A stretch of DNA of 64,000 bases from Octopus bimaculoides. Taxonomy: Eukaryota. The stretch lies in contig NC_068986.1 in the NCBI RefSeq assembly GCF_001194135.2, positions 46,112,426 to 46,176,425 of the forward strand, read 5' to 3'. A program made the position numbers and the translations under genes. The notes under the pieces are model-generated. The model made no database searches. It saw only the letters and a list, made by a program, of their open reading frames with translations, and was not told the origin of the DNA. This document shows, piece by piece, positions 11,408 through 25,158 of this stretch (position 1 is the stretch's first letter; the number at the start of each line of letters is the position of its first letter).

Positions 11408-11590
11408 GTTGTTTAGCTCCAAATTAGCTCTGATGGAATAAACCTATGATCGAAGGCATTCAACCCATGACCATTCTACTTTTTTTTCTTTTTGCATATC
11501 TTGGATTACACTAACCAATATGTCAGTACCTTTTAAGATAACAAGTTGTGATTTGAGGGGATTTTGTTGCTATTTTAGCAGATTGACAAA
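11408..11590 (+). mobile_element. interspersed repeat family D; other copies at 11630-11815(+), 42965-43140(+), 43735-43900(+) and 58795-58980(-)
   Basis: Shared frame GTTGTTTA.C.CCA..TCAG..CTGAT...GACC...GTGATTTGAG..GCT.CTATTT.TAGCAG across five diverged copies. Confidence 0.6.
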
Positions 11591-14500
11591 TCCAATAACT
11601 CTCTTAATGGTCTGATTAATAATATAGCTGTTGTTTAACTCCAGATCAGTTCTTATTGAGAAGATTTATAATCAAAAGCATTTCAGACTTAAATATCTCA
11701 GATTTGTTAAGGGTTATATAAAAGAACACCAGGTAATGAGTCCCCTTTTTAAGTAGGACTATAATTTGAGAGAGTCATCTGCTATTTCTAACAGTTTGAA
11801 TCACCTGGAATAGAGGTTTCCTCATTTGCTCAATCAGCATGGTTTTCACTGGTAGCATTTACAGTTTGTAATTACACAATTGTAATTACATGGTATGTCC
11901 CAAATGGATTCAGAAAAGGTGTTTATAACAGAGTAAAAAAAAAAAAGACACGAAAAAGAAATATTCACATTAAAAATCTTTTAAATTTTATTTCTTGTGA
12001 AATACTTTGAATATTTCAAAATTATATTCTAAGTTGACATTGCTTTGGAATTATCTGAAACAAAATGCAATATTCGCATTATTTTGTAAATTGTTATAAC
12101 AAAAATTAACATCATGCAAAAAAAAAAAAAAAAAAAAAATTATAAGATAGAAGGCTTTGACTGAAGCATTAAGACTGTTATGCTGTATTAAACCCTAAAT
12201 GAAATGATACCTTTTTCTGTAGGCTCCAAATTTTCCAAATCTTCTAACATGTAACAAATTATTAAAAGTTAATTATTGACAAATACTTAAATTTACAATA
12301 TAAAAAAAATATACACTGTCTGAATTTAATGATAGGTTAATTCAAAAATTTCAAATGATTATAAAATGCAATTGTATTATACAATGAATACATCTATTTT
12401 CCTTATTCTACCAAATAGCAAATTATTTATTTCTTCATATCATACAGAAATTACTTAAGAAATATACAAGTTTTGTTTTAAAACAAAACATGTTTTAAAG
12501 TAAAAGAAGACAGATTGAAATTAGTTATGGATGTATATCTATGATAAATTGATTAGTCTTCAGAAATTACTGAAATCTGAAACCTATAACATTTTGTTAT
12601 GTAAACTACCTTGTAGAAATTTAAAAGATCTAGGAAATCTTTTAAAAGAAATTGAAAATGCCAAATTTGATTTGAATTATTTAAAAATAATTATCCTATA
12701 GTAGTTACTGACTGTATTGCTAACTAAAATAATAATAACTAAAACTAGTTAATCTTTAGTTATTATTTATAAAATAAGCCAGAAAAATCTTATATTTTCT
12801 GAAAAATATTAAAAATATCAATGAAAGATACAATAATTCCAACAATATTGAATGCAAGGGTACAATGCATGGCTTATGACTAGGAAGAAGCGTTGGTATG
12901 ATAGGTCAGTTTACTAATGTAATAGAACATTAGACTAAATATCTTACAATAAATCGTTCCTGGGCTATGATTTTATAAAATTCAATATGTGGTTGATAAA
13001 AAATACAAGAAATATATGAGTTAATTCACTCAAATTTGGGTTTGTACCCATGTATTAAACTAATATTTGTCTAAAATTGAAATGAATTTTAAATTTTAAA
13101 AAGCTTTTATATTGTCTATTTTGTGGCAAATATGTTAGTTATTTTGACATTTACTCACTCATTCGAAATATTGAAATGCAAGAATTTATCTTTCATGATG
13201 TCATTATAAAATTACGTTTTTTTATGGCATATCTCTTCTATCTAAATAATATCTATTTTATTGGTAACTAACCATATGTTTGTTTGACAATTTGGAATGA
13301 ATATAAACTGCTGCACCCTCACCTTCAGTGTTCAGTATAATGCTAAAGACTGCTTTCAATAATTCAAATCAAGATGCTTCATTATATATTTTTTCCTTTA
13401 ATATCAAATAAATTGATCATTTTTAAATTAAAATTTTTCCTCAACTGTTAGTTAAATTTTAAAATTGTATCACAGTTAAAGCTGCCAATATATTTTTCCA
13501 TTTAAAATATATTTTTGGTGAAATCACACTTATAAAGTGCTCACTGGATGGATTTAATAAAACCTTACAGGAATTTAAAATTCTTCACATCATAATCCTG
13601 TAAGACTGTCTAATTCTTATCATCGTCAGTAAAATTAATTTTAGCTGCCTTGGTTGTATGCACTTCTCAACTGTTTGCTCTCAAATTTTAAAGTGATCTT
13701 CATTAAATTTCATTAGGTAAAAATTGTACAACATTGATGCGCTTTTAATAACAGAATATGATTGGTTTTGCTACAGTCATTCATACTCTGTATTTTTTCT
13801 CTTTTTCATAAAATTTTATATAGCATTAAGATGATGTCTCACAATAAGAGGTAAACAAATTAAATTAAGTATCATAGATAAAACACATCAGCATTTTAAA
13901 ATTTCATATTGATATTGTTTTCTTGGTGGGTTTCTCATTGTTATTTACTACATATCTAAAGATAAGTACCATTGATTTAAATTATCAATTTCCTTTGTAA
14001 CATTTAAAAGATGAAAATGTTCATAAGAGGGAGAAAAAAAAACAGCAACCAAAGTTTCACTAATATACTACGTAGCCCTGTCTTGAGTGGCAATGAAGGA
14101 TAAGGAATATTCTGGAATATTACTAAAAAAAAATCAATAACAACACAATTGATTACCAAGTGAATGAAACTATATAACCAGCATTATCAGAATAATAATG
14201 TAATGCTCCCCAAAATTTCATAAATTTAATCATCAAAATATTATCGGCATGTGAACACTGATATAATTAGGAAACATTTTCTGGAATATAGAATGGGAAT
14301 GTATTTCAGAATGCAGGATGGCATTTTATTTTTTGTTATTACAGCAAAATCTATTTTTCTCTCTCCCAACTTCTCTATACTTCTGTGTATATANNNNNNN
14401 NNNNNNNNNNNNNNNNNNNNNNNNNNNNNNNNNNNNNNNNNNNNNNNNNNNNNNNNNNNNNNNNNNNNNNNNNNNNNNNNNNNNNNNNNNNNNNNNNNNN

Positions 14501-17500
14501 NNNNNNNNNNNNNNNNNNNNNNNNNNNNNNNNNNNNNNNNNNNNNNNNNNNNNNNNNNNNNNNNNNNNNNNNNNNNNNNNNNNNNNNNNNNNNNNNNNNN
14601 NNNNNNNNNNNNNNNNNNNNNNNNNNNNNNNNNNNNNNNNNNNNNNNNNNNNNNNNNNNNNNNNNNNNNNNNNNNNNNNNNNNNNNNNNNNNNNNNNNNN
14701 NNNNNNNNNNNNNNNNNNNNNNNNNNNNNNNNNNNNNNNNNNNNNNNNNNNNNNNNNNNNNNNNNNNNNNNNNNNNNNNNNNNNNNNNNNNNNNNNNNNN
14801 NNNNNNNNNNNNNNNNNNNNNNNNNNNNNNNNNNNNNNNNNNNNNNNNNNNNNNNNNNNNNNNNNNNNNNNNNNNNNNNNNNNNNNNNNNNNNNNNNNNN
14901 NNNNNNNNNNNNNNNNNNNNNNNNNNNNNNNNNNNNNNNNNNNNNNNNNNNNNNNNNNNNNNNNNNNNNNNNNNNNNNNNNNNNNNNNNNNNNNNNNNNN
15001 NNNNNNATATATATATATATATATATATATAGTAGATATGCATGCTTATAGGAATACATGCATTATATTATATCTATCTCTATAAATATAGTATGTGTGC
15101 ATATTTGTGCATGTGCATGTCCATGTACACACATCCACACACAAGCATGCTCGTTGCAAGTTGTACCATGTTCTGTATCTATGTATATTATTTATGAGCT
15201 ACAAAATAATTCTTATTTTATTTTACCTTAAAAATAAAGTATAAATTACGTTCATTATTTTTTTTCATTTAAAATATCTACGGTTTAAGAAATAAAATGA
15301 ACTAAATTATTTCAAACCCAGAGAAAATTCAATACATACTGATATAAAGAGATGATTAAAATATGGAGACTTTTTTTCCAAGATTTTGATGTATTGCATA
15401 ATATGTAGAAACAAGGATATATGAAAAAATGTACAGAAGAGAATATTACAATGAAAATGCTAAAAAAATAAACTGAAAATATAACATATGCACGAAATAA
15501 ATCGAGTTGCTTTCAAAAAAATTGATTTGATGCTGCACAAGTATGTGCTATTTGAGATCATTTAAAAAATAAATTAAGCTGGTACCAAAAGGTACAAAAA
15601 ATGTTTCACAATACTGACAAAATATAAACATTAATAAATTTACAGAGACTTTTATTCAGTACAAAATAGAGAAATCCACAAGTGTCTTTGATATGAATTA
15701 TTTCAGAAAAAGTGATTGGTTAAACAGTTTTGTTTATTATATTAACAAGCTTTATCAACAGTTTGTTGATAAATACAATTTTATGCACAAAGCTTCTTTC
15801 TTTATCCACACATCTAAGGAAAATTTAATAGAAATATATAAAACAGCATGTTTTAAATGCAGAATCACAAGGCCAGCAATAAGCCTACAGTAATGAAATA
15901 GAATTGTGAAAGGGACAACTACTGCAGATCAGAAGATATATATTTTAGTGTAGATTTTTCTGATAATATCTATGGCAAAACAAAATTAAATGGTTTGTCA
16001 GAGACTCAGAAGATCTACCATTTATTAGAATACAATACTTTGAACAGAATTTAACCAGATCCAAAACTGGACATTTGAAATATATATTAAATATAGTTTT
16101 ACTAATGCTGACCATTTAATTATGAAACAGAAGAGCATTAGTAAAACAAACTGAATTTGTAATCATTGGTTTATGATCAAACCTTTGAAGATAATCTTTT
16201 CAAAATAAAACTAAAATCTAATAAAAGCCATTCAGCTTAATACTGATAGTCACTCTACATAGAACTCATAGAAAATGAAAATAATTCTTAATCATTCTTA
16301 GTGCATAACATCAAGAACTTTGATGTTTTATTAGTTTTTTTGTGAATTTGAAGATGCTCAATTGAAAATTTGGTTTACAAATTTCATCAAACTCACTTAC
16401 AAGAATATTTTTTGATTATATTTGTTTATCAGCTATAGTAAATTAAAAATAAAGAGAAAAAAATTCAGAAAATCACTAATAACACATAAACGGATTCAGA
16501 GTTTTCTAAAGAAAAGTTCAATGTTTATAACGAAATCCTATAGACATAAAATTACATTACTATATAAAGTAATGAAATTATAAACCAAAATCCCCAAGTC
16601 ATACATAAAATTCACTATAATGTTCATAAAGAGAGACAGAAACTATCACATATCATTTCAGTAAGAAATTATTGATATTTAGCACTGACTCCAAAATGTG
16701 GATTGGCATGACAAGCTTGGTACACCACCAGGAATTTGAATAAAATTATTCTTCGCTTACAAACAGAAAATGTCAAATGAAATAGAAGTTTGCAAATGAT
16801 ATTGAAATATCAATCCACAGAATTAAAAAAAAAAAAATCTCATTTTCCCTTTCATAGTCTTAAATAACAGTACAAGTATAGTCATAGAAAAATGTTAAAA
16901 ATGCCATTCAGAGATGGAAGTAAAAGTAGGTGATAAAGATTCCGCCCATTAGAAGATAGATCTTTCAATATTTGTCAACTTATCCCACAAGAGATTTTCT
17001 TTTAGAATCTGTACTTGTTTAGGTATATATATATATATAAAATAGTAGAAATAATAGAGCAAATTTGTATAGCTATTTCCTCTTAAGCAAAAATGACACA
17101 GACTATTTATACTTCTAGTTATAAGAGCTATATGATAATTAGTTTTTATAATACCAAATAGTCTTTCTCACTGATTGATGTAGCAGAAAAATGGCTCTTA
17201 ATCATTTGATATCAATACTACATATCTAGACTCATTTTCGTTAATTTCTAAAATACAGACAACTTACAAAAAAAAGTGAAAAAGAGTTAAAAACTAGATT
17301 ATTACCTTTTCAAAATAATTTATCAACAAATTGTTATATGCACAAACCATACAATGAAAGAATCTGAGTCAGTTTCATTTAAGTTATGCAATTTTAAAAA
17401 ATATAAAACAAATTGAATTTAGTTAATTATTTTTTATACATTTTAACAGAAAAGAAATGACTTTTCACTGAGATGTATATAAGAGCATAACTTCAAAAAC

Positions 17501-17592
17501 TATACTAATAGTCAAATGTTCTTTACTTTCACTTTATCCGTTAGCATTTAAAATCATAACTGAAGAATTTCTAGGATTATTATGGCCTAGAA

Positions 17593-17632
17593 GCATGCAC
17601 CTCTTCTTAAGAGGCATGCACCTCTTCCTAAG
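17593..17632. repeat. 21-bp direct duplication (GCATGCACCTCTTC[T/C]TAAGA)
   Basis: Read directly. Confidence 0.85.
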
Positions 17633-20475
17633 ATTGTGGCATATAGTGATAAGTGCTTTTACTAATGAAACAACATGGAACCTTTTGACAGATAATAAAT
17701 TGGTATATATTGACTATGTATACCGTATTTAGCATTATTCATCCCATTTGCTAATTAATAGTCATAAATATCCACTTGATATGTTATCTCTCTTCCCCAG
17801 ACAGTAGAAATGTTTTTTAATAAATGTTATCTTATTACCAGAAAGAAATTGTTTTTGAAAGTTGCAATAGAAAAAAAAAGTGTCACTTTATTATATCTTC
17901 ATTTTCTGTTAGTTATTTATTCTTTGTGGATATGGACAACTATTTGAACTATTCTCTTTATCTTCATTACCCACATTACAGCCAAATGGGCTGTAAACAT
18001 CAGCTCCTTTTGATCATGAGAGATAAGGCAGGCTTAAGAAAATAAATACGTAAATGTCCCTTTTACATTTACATCTGGATATTGATTAGATACTCTGAAA
18101 AGTAATCTGATGCATACTTTATGGTTGGTGTAGTATGACATACACAATGATACTGAAAGCAATTTTTTTAATAAATATTTTAAGGATTATATTTTCATGA
18201 ATTGGAGTACACTGGTCAACTACAAGGTGGGATTCATCCAAGTGATTGAGATAGATAAAGGATGTGCTTTGGGAAAAGGAAGAAATCAATGCAACTCACA
18301 ACCTTTGTATTAGTCAGAAAACATAAAGCACATTAATTAGCCACTCCATATGCATTAAAAAGCAGCCATTCTGTATTTGTATCTGAAATCCTAAGAAACT
18401 TCTTCCTCAATTTTATGAAGCAATCTTCTCTTTTGGCATAAAATGATGCATACAGAAATGGAATAACAAAATAATTCACTGCAAAATATATTGAACTTTG
18501 TTTATATTTCTTCTATTGATTATTGTATTTAACTGATAGAAATAATTGATTTATTCAAGTAGCATGGAGTTGCTTTTCTCTATTGAAAATATAACCAAAA
18601 ACAACAAATGATTATAAAATGGGGAAATAACAACAGTGTTCTTTAAAAATCAACCATATATGAAGCTGTAAGTTATTCTAAAATCTGTGAAATATATACT
18701 GTACTTTAAGGAGGATCAATAATATACTCTAGATAAAAATCAGATATTTGATTATTGTGGAAACAGCATGTAAGTATAAATGGTTATTGAAAAGAAAAAA
18801 GTGCTGCTTAAAAAAATATTTTAAAATCTCATAAAAACTTTATGGTAAAAAGAAATCTATTAAAAAACTTTCCAGAAAAAATATTGCATAATTTTTTAAT
18901 GTAAATTTCTGAAGCTGACAGGATGAACAGATAGGGAGGGAAATTTTTGCATAAAATGTATCTTCAATATTGTCTACTTTAAACTTCTATTAAACTTTCA
19001 GTATTTCCTAAGTTGATAGAATTCTTATTCATCACTATGCTATAAATATCTATTCATTATATATAACCTTTTGTCAGTATATTTGGTTATCTAAAATAGC
19101 AGTAAAAATAAATGATAAATGAACATCAACGAACCAACTTGCTAAAGTCAGTTATTCCAATTGGATATAAAAGGTAAAATATGGCAAAGCAAAGAGATAA
19201 TGGCTAATTTCAAATATATGGCTAAAATTGTATTTTACAATATATACCAAATAATAATGCAACAGAGAGACTATCAAAATTAAAAAGCAGAAGCTAAGTA
19301 TATTTATTTTTATATTTTTAGAAAATATCTACTTGGTCTTGCTTTAATCTTTATCTAGAGCTACAATTACAAATATTTGAAGCTATTTTGTAAGACTATC
19401 TGTTGATAATCTACTTCTAGAACAAATTCTCTTAATATAATAGTACCCTTTATCACAACCAATAATCTATCTACTAAAGAGCATTTAAGGAAATCTCTCA
19501 GTAGAACAATACATTGAAAGGAATTACCATACAAATAGCAAATTGACCTGATTATTTCAAAATGATATAATATATTTTAAGTAGATTTCAATTTTTTTTT
19601 ACCATATCAATACACAGATTAGAAGTGAGTGAAATGCATCATGAGAAATTTTATTTAACTGTTTATTCTGTCAAGAATCTACTTCTAATAATATATGATC
19701 ACTGGTAAACTTTTGAAATTTCTAAAGCAACATTATTTTTTTATATAACTAATCTAATAAGATTTATTGTTTATATTTTAGCTGATGGATTTACAACAAA
19801 GTCCAATATGACTATATTTTATCAACAAATGAATTGCTGGGAGAAACATGAGTGTTGATAAGTGTACTTCTGGATAATAAAACTTTATGCAGAGTACTTA
19901 TAAATACAGTTAAAAATAGATAATTACTTTGGTTAGAAGTGTTTTCTTCCTTTTTATTCAGTTCTCTTTCATTTTCTTCTATAGCATTTTGTTATAAAAA
20001 GAAAACTATATATTTTCATAAAATCTCCTGCTTGTAGTAATATTTAAGGGATCAATAATTGGTAACCAGACATAGCAACACTTTGGAATGTTGATAGTGT
20101 TTATGATAGTTTTATTTAACACGTCTAAATATAACTTGAAACTAGTAAAACTTACAGAAAATTTCATGATTCTAAAAGTTCACACTAAACTCAAGTTTGA
20201 TATAATATGAAAATGAATGAGTAAGAATGTAAATAAAACTAAAAGAATTAGAAACCTAAATAAAATAATCAATATGCAGACCTGTTTTCTAAATTTGATT
20301 GATAACTTGTTTTCTAAACTTAACACATGGTGACTTCTTTCTTTTATCATAGTTAATAGATAAACTTCATAATTTCATTTTACTAGATGCTTAAATATAC
20401 TAATTTTAACATATCTGTGCTGTAGAAGCATACAATATAATATATATATATATATATATATACATATATATATAC

Positions 20476-20506
<31 letters not shown>

Positions 20507-20519
20507 CATATATATATAC

Positions 20520-20553
<34 letters not shown>

Positions 20554-21796
20554 GTATATATGTATATATATATAAAGAGAAATAAACAATAATTGTTTCA
20601 AACATAATTTCTTTGTTATTTAAACTTCTATGTGAATGATATATTCCAATTTACATAAATATGTATTATAAGGAGTAGAAAGTAACATAAAGAAATAGAA
20701 AATAACAATAATTTTGTAAAAGCAGTTATTGAAAGAATACAATTTTTTTCTGTTCCTTTACATGAAGCCATTTTAGTGATATACTTCTTAAAAACTGAGT
20801 TGATCAAAATACTTTTCTCTTTCAGCTGAATGATTAAAAAATATTCCAGAATATTATGCCAAAAGAACACTCCAGAAATAGATAAGAAAATAGAAAAGTA
20901 TTTTGAGATTTCCACTTTCTGCATTTTTTTTTTGTTTTAAATATAACCTCTTCCTGTCCAAACCCTTCTCTTCCTACTAAATGCTGTTTGTACATTCCAG
21001 TAGCATTGGTTTTTCAGCTGAACTTTTTTTTCCTATTGTATTTCAAAATTTCCCTTTCTATGTGGAGTTTAAGGATAGGAAGGTATCTAGGAGATCTTTT
21101 GATCGCCCTATGTATTTATCCAATGGAAGTTCATTCTGAAAGAAAAACAAAAGGAAAATAAAATTCCAAGCACTGTATTATGAAGAGATTGAGATAAGCT
21201 TAACGGGCAGGAGAAATATTACGTTAATGCAATATAGTAAACTGATCTGCTTGCCCTGTTGTTCAATTTATAGTGACCACTGAATATGAACTTTTAAATT
21301 AGATTTCATTGCTAGAGTACTTTTAATGTAATCTATCTTAAAGCAATTCTTGTGATGTGCAAAAGATTAAAAGAAAGTTTAAAGAAATTGTTGATGTTTC
21401 TTTACTAAAGATTCAAGCTTGTCATATTAATATAAAAGAAATTTTAGAATTTTTCTGTCTTTTTGTGTCTTGTCTGAAGCCATTTATTGAAATCAAATAA
21501 GTGAAAAAATTATTGCTTAAAAAAGAGCTAACATTAAACAAAATAGGAAATCTTTTTGATAAAAGACCAAGTAATATTATCATAATACACATACATACAT
21601 ACATGCATACATACATACATACATACATACGTACGTACGTACATACATACATACATACGTACATACATACACACACATATATATATGTGTGTGTGTGTGT
21701 GTGTGTATTCATATATATGCATATGTATGTTTATATATATTCATTTATATATAAGGGCAATATATAACCCACAACTCCAAATAAAAGATTACAGGG

Positions 21797-21922
21797 CTTG
21801 CTTCTCAACCACATGATTCTGAGTTCAGTCCCACAGCATGGCACCTTGGGCAAGTGTCTTCTACTAAAACCTTGAGTCAACCAAAGCCTTTTTTAAGTGG
21901 ATTTGGCTGACAGAAACTGAAA
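21797..21922 (+). mobile_element. SINE family B running into a gap; an older copy follows at about 22350-22590
   Basis: AACCACATGATTCTGAGTTCAGTCCCACAGCATGGCACCTTGGGCAAGTGTCTTCTACTA..GTGGATTTGG..GAAACTGAA. Confidence 0.85.
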
Positions 21923-22277
21923 NNNNNNNNNNNNNNNNNNNNNNNNNNNNNNNNNNNNNNNNNNNNNNNNNNNNNNNNNNNNNNNNNNNNNNNNNNNNNN
22001 NNNNNNNNNNNNNNNNNNNNNNNNNNNNNNNNNNNNNNNNNNNNNNNNNNNNNNNNNNNNNNNNNNNNNNNNNNNNNNNNNNNNNNNNNNNNNNNNNNNN
22101 NNNNNNNNNNNNNNNNNNNNNNNNNNNNNNNNNNNNNNNNNNNNNNNNNNNNNNNNNNNNNNNNNNNNNNNNNNNNNNNNNNNNNNNNNNNNNNNNNNNN
22201 NNNNNNNNNNNNNNNNNNNNNNNNNNNNNNNNNNNNNNNNNNNNNNNNNNNNNNNNNNNNNNNNNNNNNNNNNNNNN

Positions 22278-22325
<48 letters not shown>

Positions 22326-23255
22326 TATTTATGTATAACATACATTAGCGGATTGTGAATCATCTACTATAGTTTCTAGTTGCCCAATGCCTTCTCAGTG
22401 AGCTTAGTAGTCAGAAAGTGTATGGAAGCCTGTTGAACTTATATATATATATTTGGTATATCTATGGAAATGTGTCTTTGTGCCTGTGTCCCTACTCCCA
22501 CTTGATAACCTGTGTTGATTTGTTGATTTCCATAACTTAGCAGTTCAGTAAGTATACAATAAGTATCAGATTTAAAGGATCAGAATTAAAGGATATGTAT
22601 ATATTTCATGAATAAAATCCGTTTAACAATATTATCTTTATTGGAAGCCATTGATTGTCCTTAATGAGTCATCAGGTGTCTGATGGACTGAATTTGATGG
22701 ACTGTTCATTGAATTTATGAGTTAAGAGGCTGAAAGCTCATTAACCTTTAGGAATAATTCTCAAGTAGTGTCAGCATCTATACATATATATAGATGGACC
22801 ACCAGCCTACAGGATTACACACACTAATGGGGATATTGGCAGACTGGTCGATCATGTGGTCATGAATGTCATAAAATTTTGTGAAAGCTTGGTAGAATGT
22901 TTTTTTACCATAGTCTTGAGTCAAACTGGGAAGAAAGAAACTGTGAGGAAGCCTGTCAGAAGGATATACATATTATATATAATATAATATATCTGTTATA
23001 TACCTTTTTTTCCACAAGTCCATACTTGATATGCATGTGTGTCTGTGTGTATGTGCATATAAATATACACATATAGATAGACACACGTCACATGTATTTC
23101 ATAATATATATATATACATAGATTTATACACGTTTATATATCCATATATATATATATAAATATATATGTATGTATGTGTGTGAGTGTGCATATAAACACA
23201 TATACATACAGGTTTGGTGATCCAAACTGGAGAAATATAGCTCAAAATTCAAGAG

Positions 23256-23286
<31 letters not shown>

Positions 23287-23469
23287 TTTAACTGTAGAGC
23301 TATATACTATAGGCATGCTGTCTCCTCTCTGTATTTTATATTGCTTGTGAGGTACTATGGCTATTGCTTATACAATAGCCACTGTACCTCACAGTTGGAA
23401 AGTCTTGTTGTTCCTCTACTAAGGCACTCTCGGTATCCTTGACTCTCCACCTCATATCACTAACCGCTT

Positions 23470-23740
23470 TTCCTAGTCATTTTTCCCCAGAACATTGGCT
23501 CCCTAGAACATCCTTCCTCATGTTTTTGCTGTAGATATGGACCTGCAATAGCTTAAATGGAACATTAACAACATCACATTCACTGGTCTCAGTGGCCCTG
23601 CAAAGATTATNNNNNNNNNNTGTTTTTGCTGTAGATATGGACCTGCAATAGCTTAAATGGAACATTAACAACATCACATTCACTGGTCTCAGTGGCCCTG
23701 CAAAGATTATGAGTACTACCCCTACCTTCAGACTAAGCAA
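23470..23740 (+). mobile_element. possible decayed Penelope-like fragment (region before the GIY-YIG domain)
   Basis: Frames give C-C-R..TC and NINNITFTGLSGPAKI, resembling the CxxCxTC...TFTGP.G..I segment of PLE ORFs. Heavily disrupted. Confidence 0.35.
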
Positions 23741-23871
23741 GTTAAAAAAAATGGTCTGAGCTTTTCATGTGTTACACTTATCAAACTAGTTTCATAAATT
23801 TAATGCACAAAACTCTTGGAACTTGAGTCGCTTAAGTAGCATAACAGCAGAACAAAAAGTACTATGTGCAT

Positions 23872-23913
<42 letters not shown>

Positions 23914-24139
23914 ATTTATATATATATATGTTCCACATACTATTAGTAAAAAAAAACTAAGAACATATTCAGTTATGTATTGTATGAGGCAGGATCACAT
24001 TTATTTATAGCATTTATTTCTCAACTGTTAGAGTCCTGCTTCTATGCCAAACTGAAACAGAAATGACTCACTAATCATAGAGACAAACTTTATGAATAAT
24101 ATGTGTGAGAGTCTGTGTGTGTGTGTGTATTTGTGTATG

Positions 24140-24413
<274 letters not shown>

Positions 24414-24850
24414 TATGTGTGTGCAATTATTTATATTAATATAAGTGTGTGTGTGTCTGTGACTGTATGTCTATGTGAGTTCATATTTCTCCTAATCTCC
24501 ATGTATGTTCACTGGTTTTAAACAATGGCCTTGCTGTTTGTGCAGACAGTGATGCTTGAAGATAGTTCAGCATGATGATTGTTTAGGCTTCTTGACATAT
24601 CTTAACTCATTCATACAGTGTCATTTGCTTTCACCTTTCTGCATAACAATGTCTGGGATGTTTGTGGCTTGATGGACTGGGAGATTATTTCCTCACTTAG
24701 CAACAAGTGGTGATTAGATTCTGGAGGGGCATCTAGTTCTAGAAAAATGTGTCCCTATGCATATCCATACGATTCAAAATTTAGCCAGTAAAATGTTATG
24801 AACTTAGGAAGGGTAGAAGAAACAGTGTTTAGGTGTAATAGATTCATCAC

Positions 24851-25115
24851 AATCATCATTTAATGTCTGATTTACATGCTGGCATGGGTTGGATGGTTTG
24901 ACAGGAGCTGCTGAGTTGGGACTGTGCCAAACTTTGTTGTCAGCTTTGATGACCAAATAACTTGCAACATATGACCTCTCAACTGAGGTGGGAGCAATGT
25001 TAAATAAGGTGGCTTTGTGTCAGGCAATGAGAAGTTAGAGTATGACAGATATAAAAACTTGTGTCGTGCAGCAGAGGAGATATATGGCTATCTCAATTAA
25101 AAAAAGAGATAAGAG

Positions 25116-25158
<43 letters not shown>

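Noticed and set aside
20628-20924. 98-aa hydrophobic ORF
   Set aside because: Composition (F, I, K, L, S) is typical of random AT-rich DNA, with no motif.
22640-22680. GACAC-CTGATGA on the minus strand, matching the 5' side of the 9.6-kb hammerhead
   Set aside because: No GAAA and no complementary stem I strand follow; at best an unrecognisably decayed motif.
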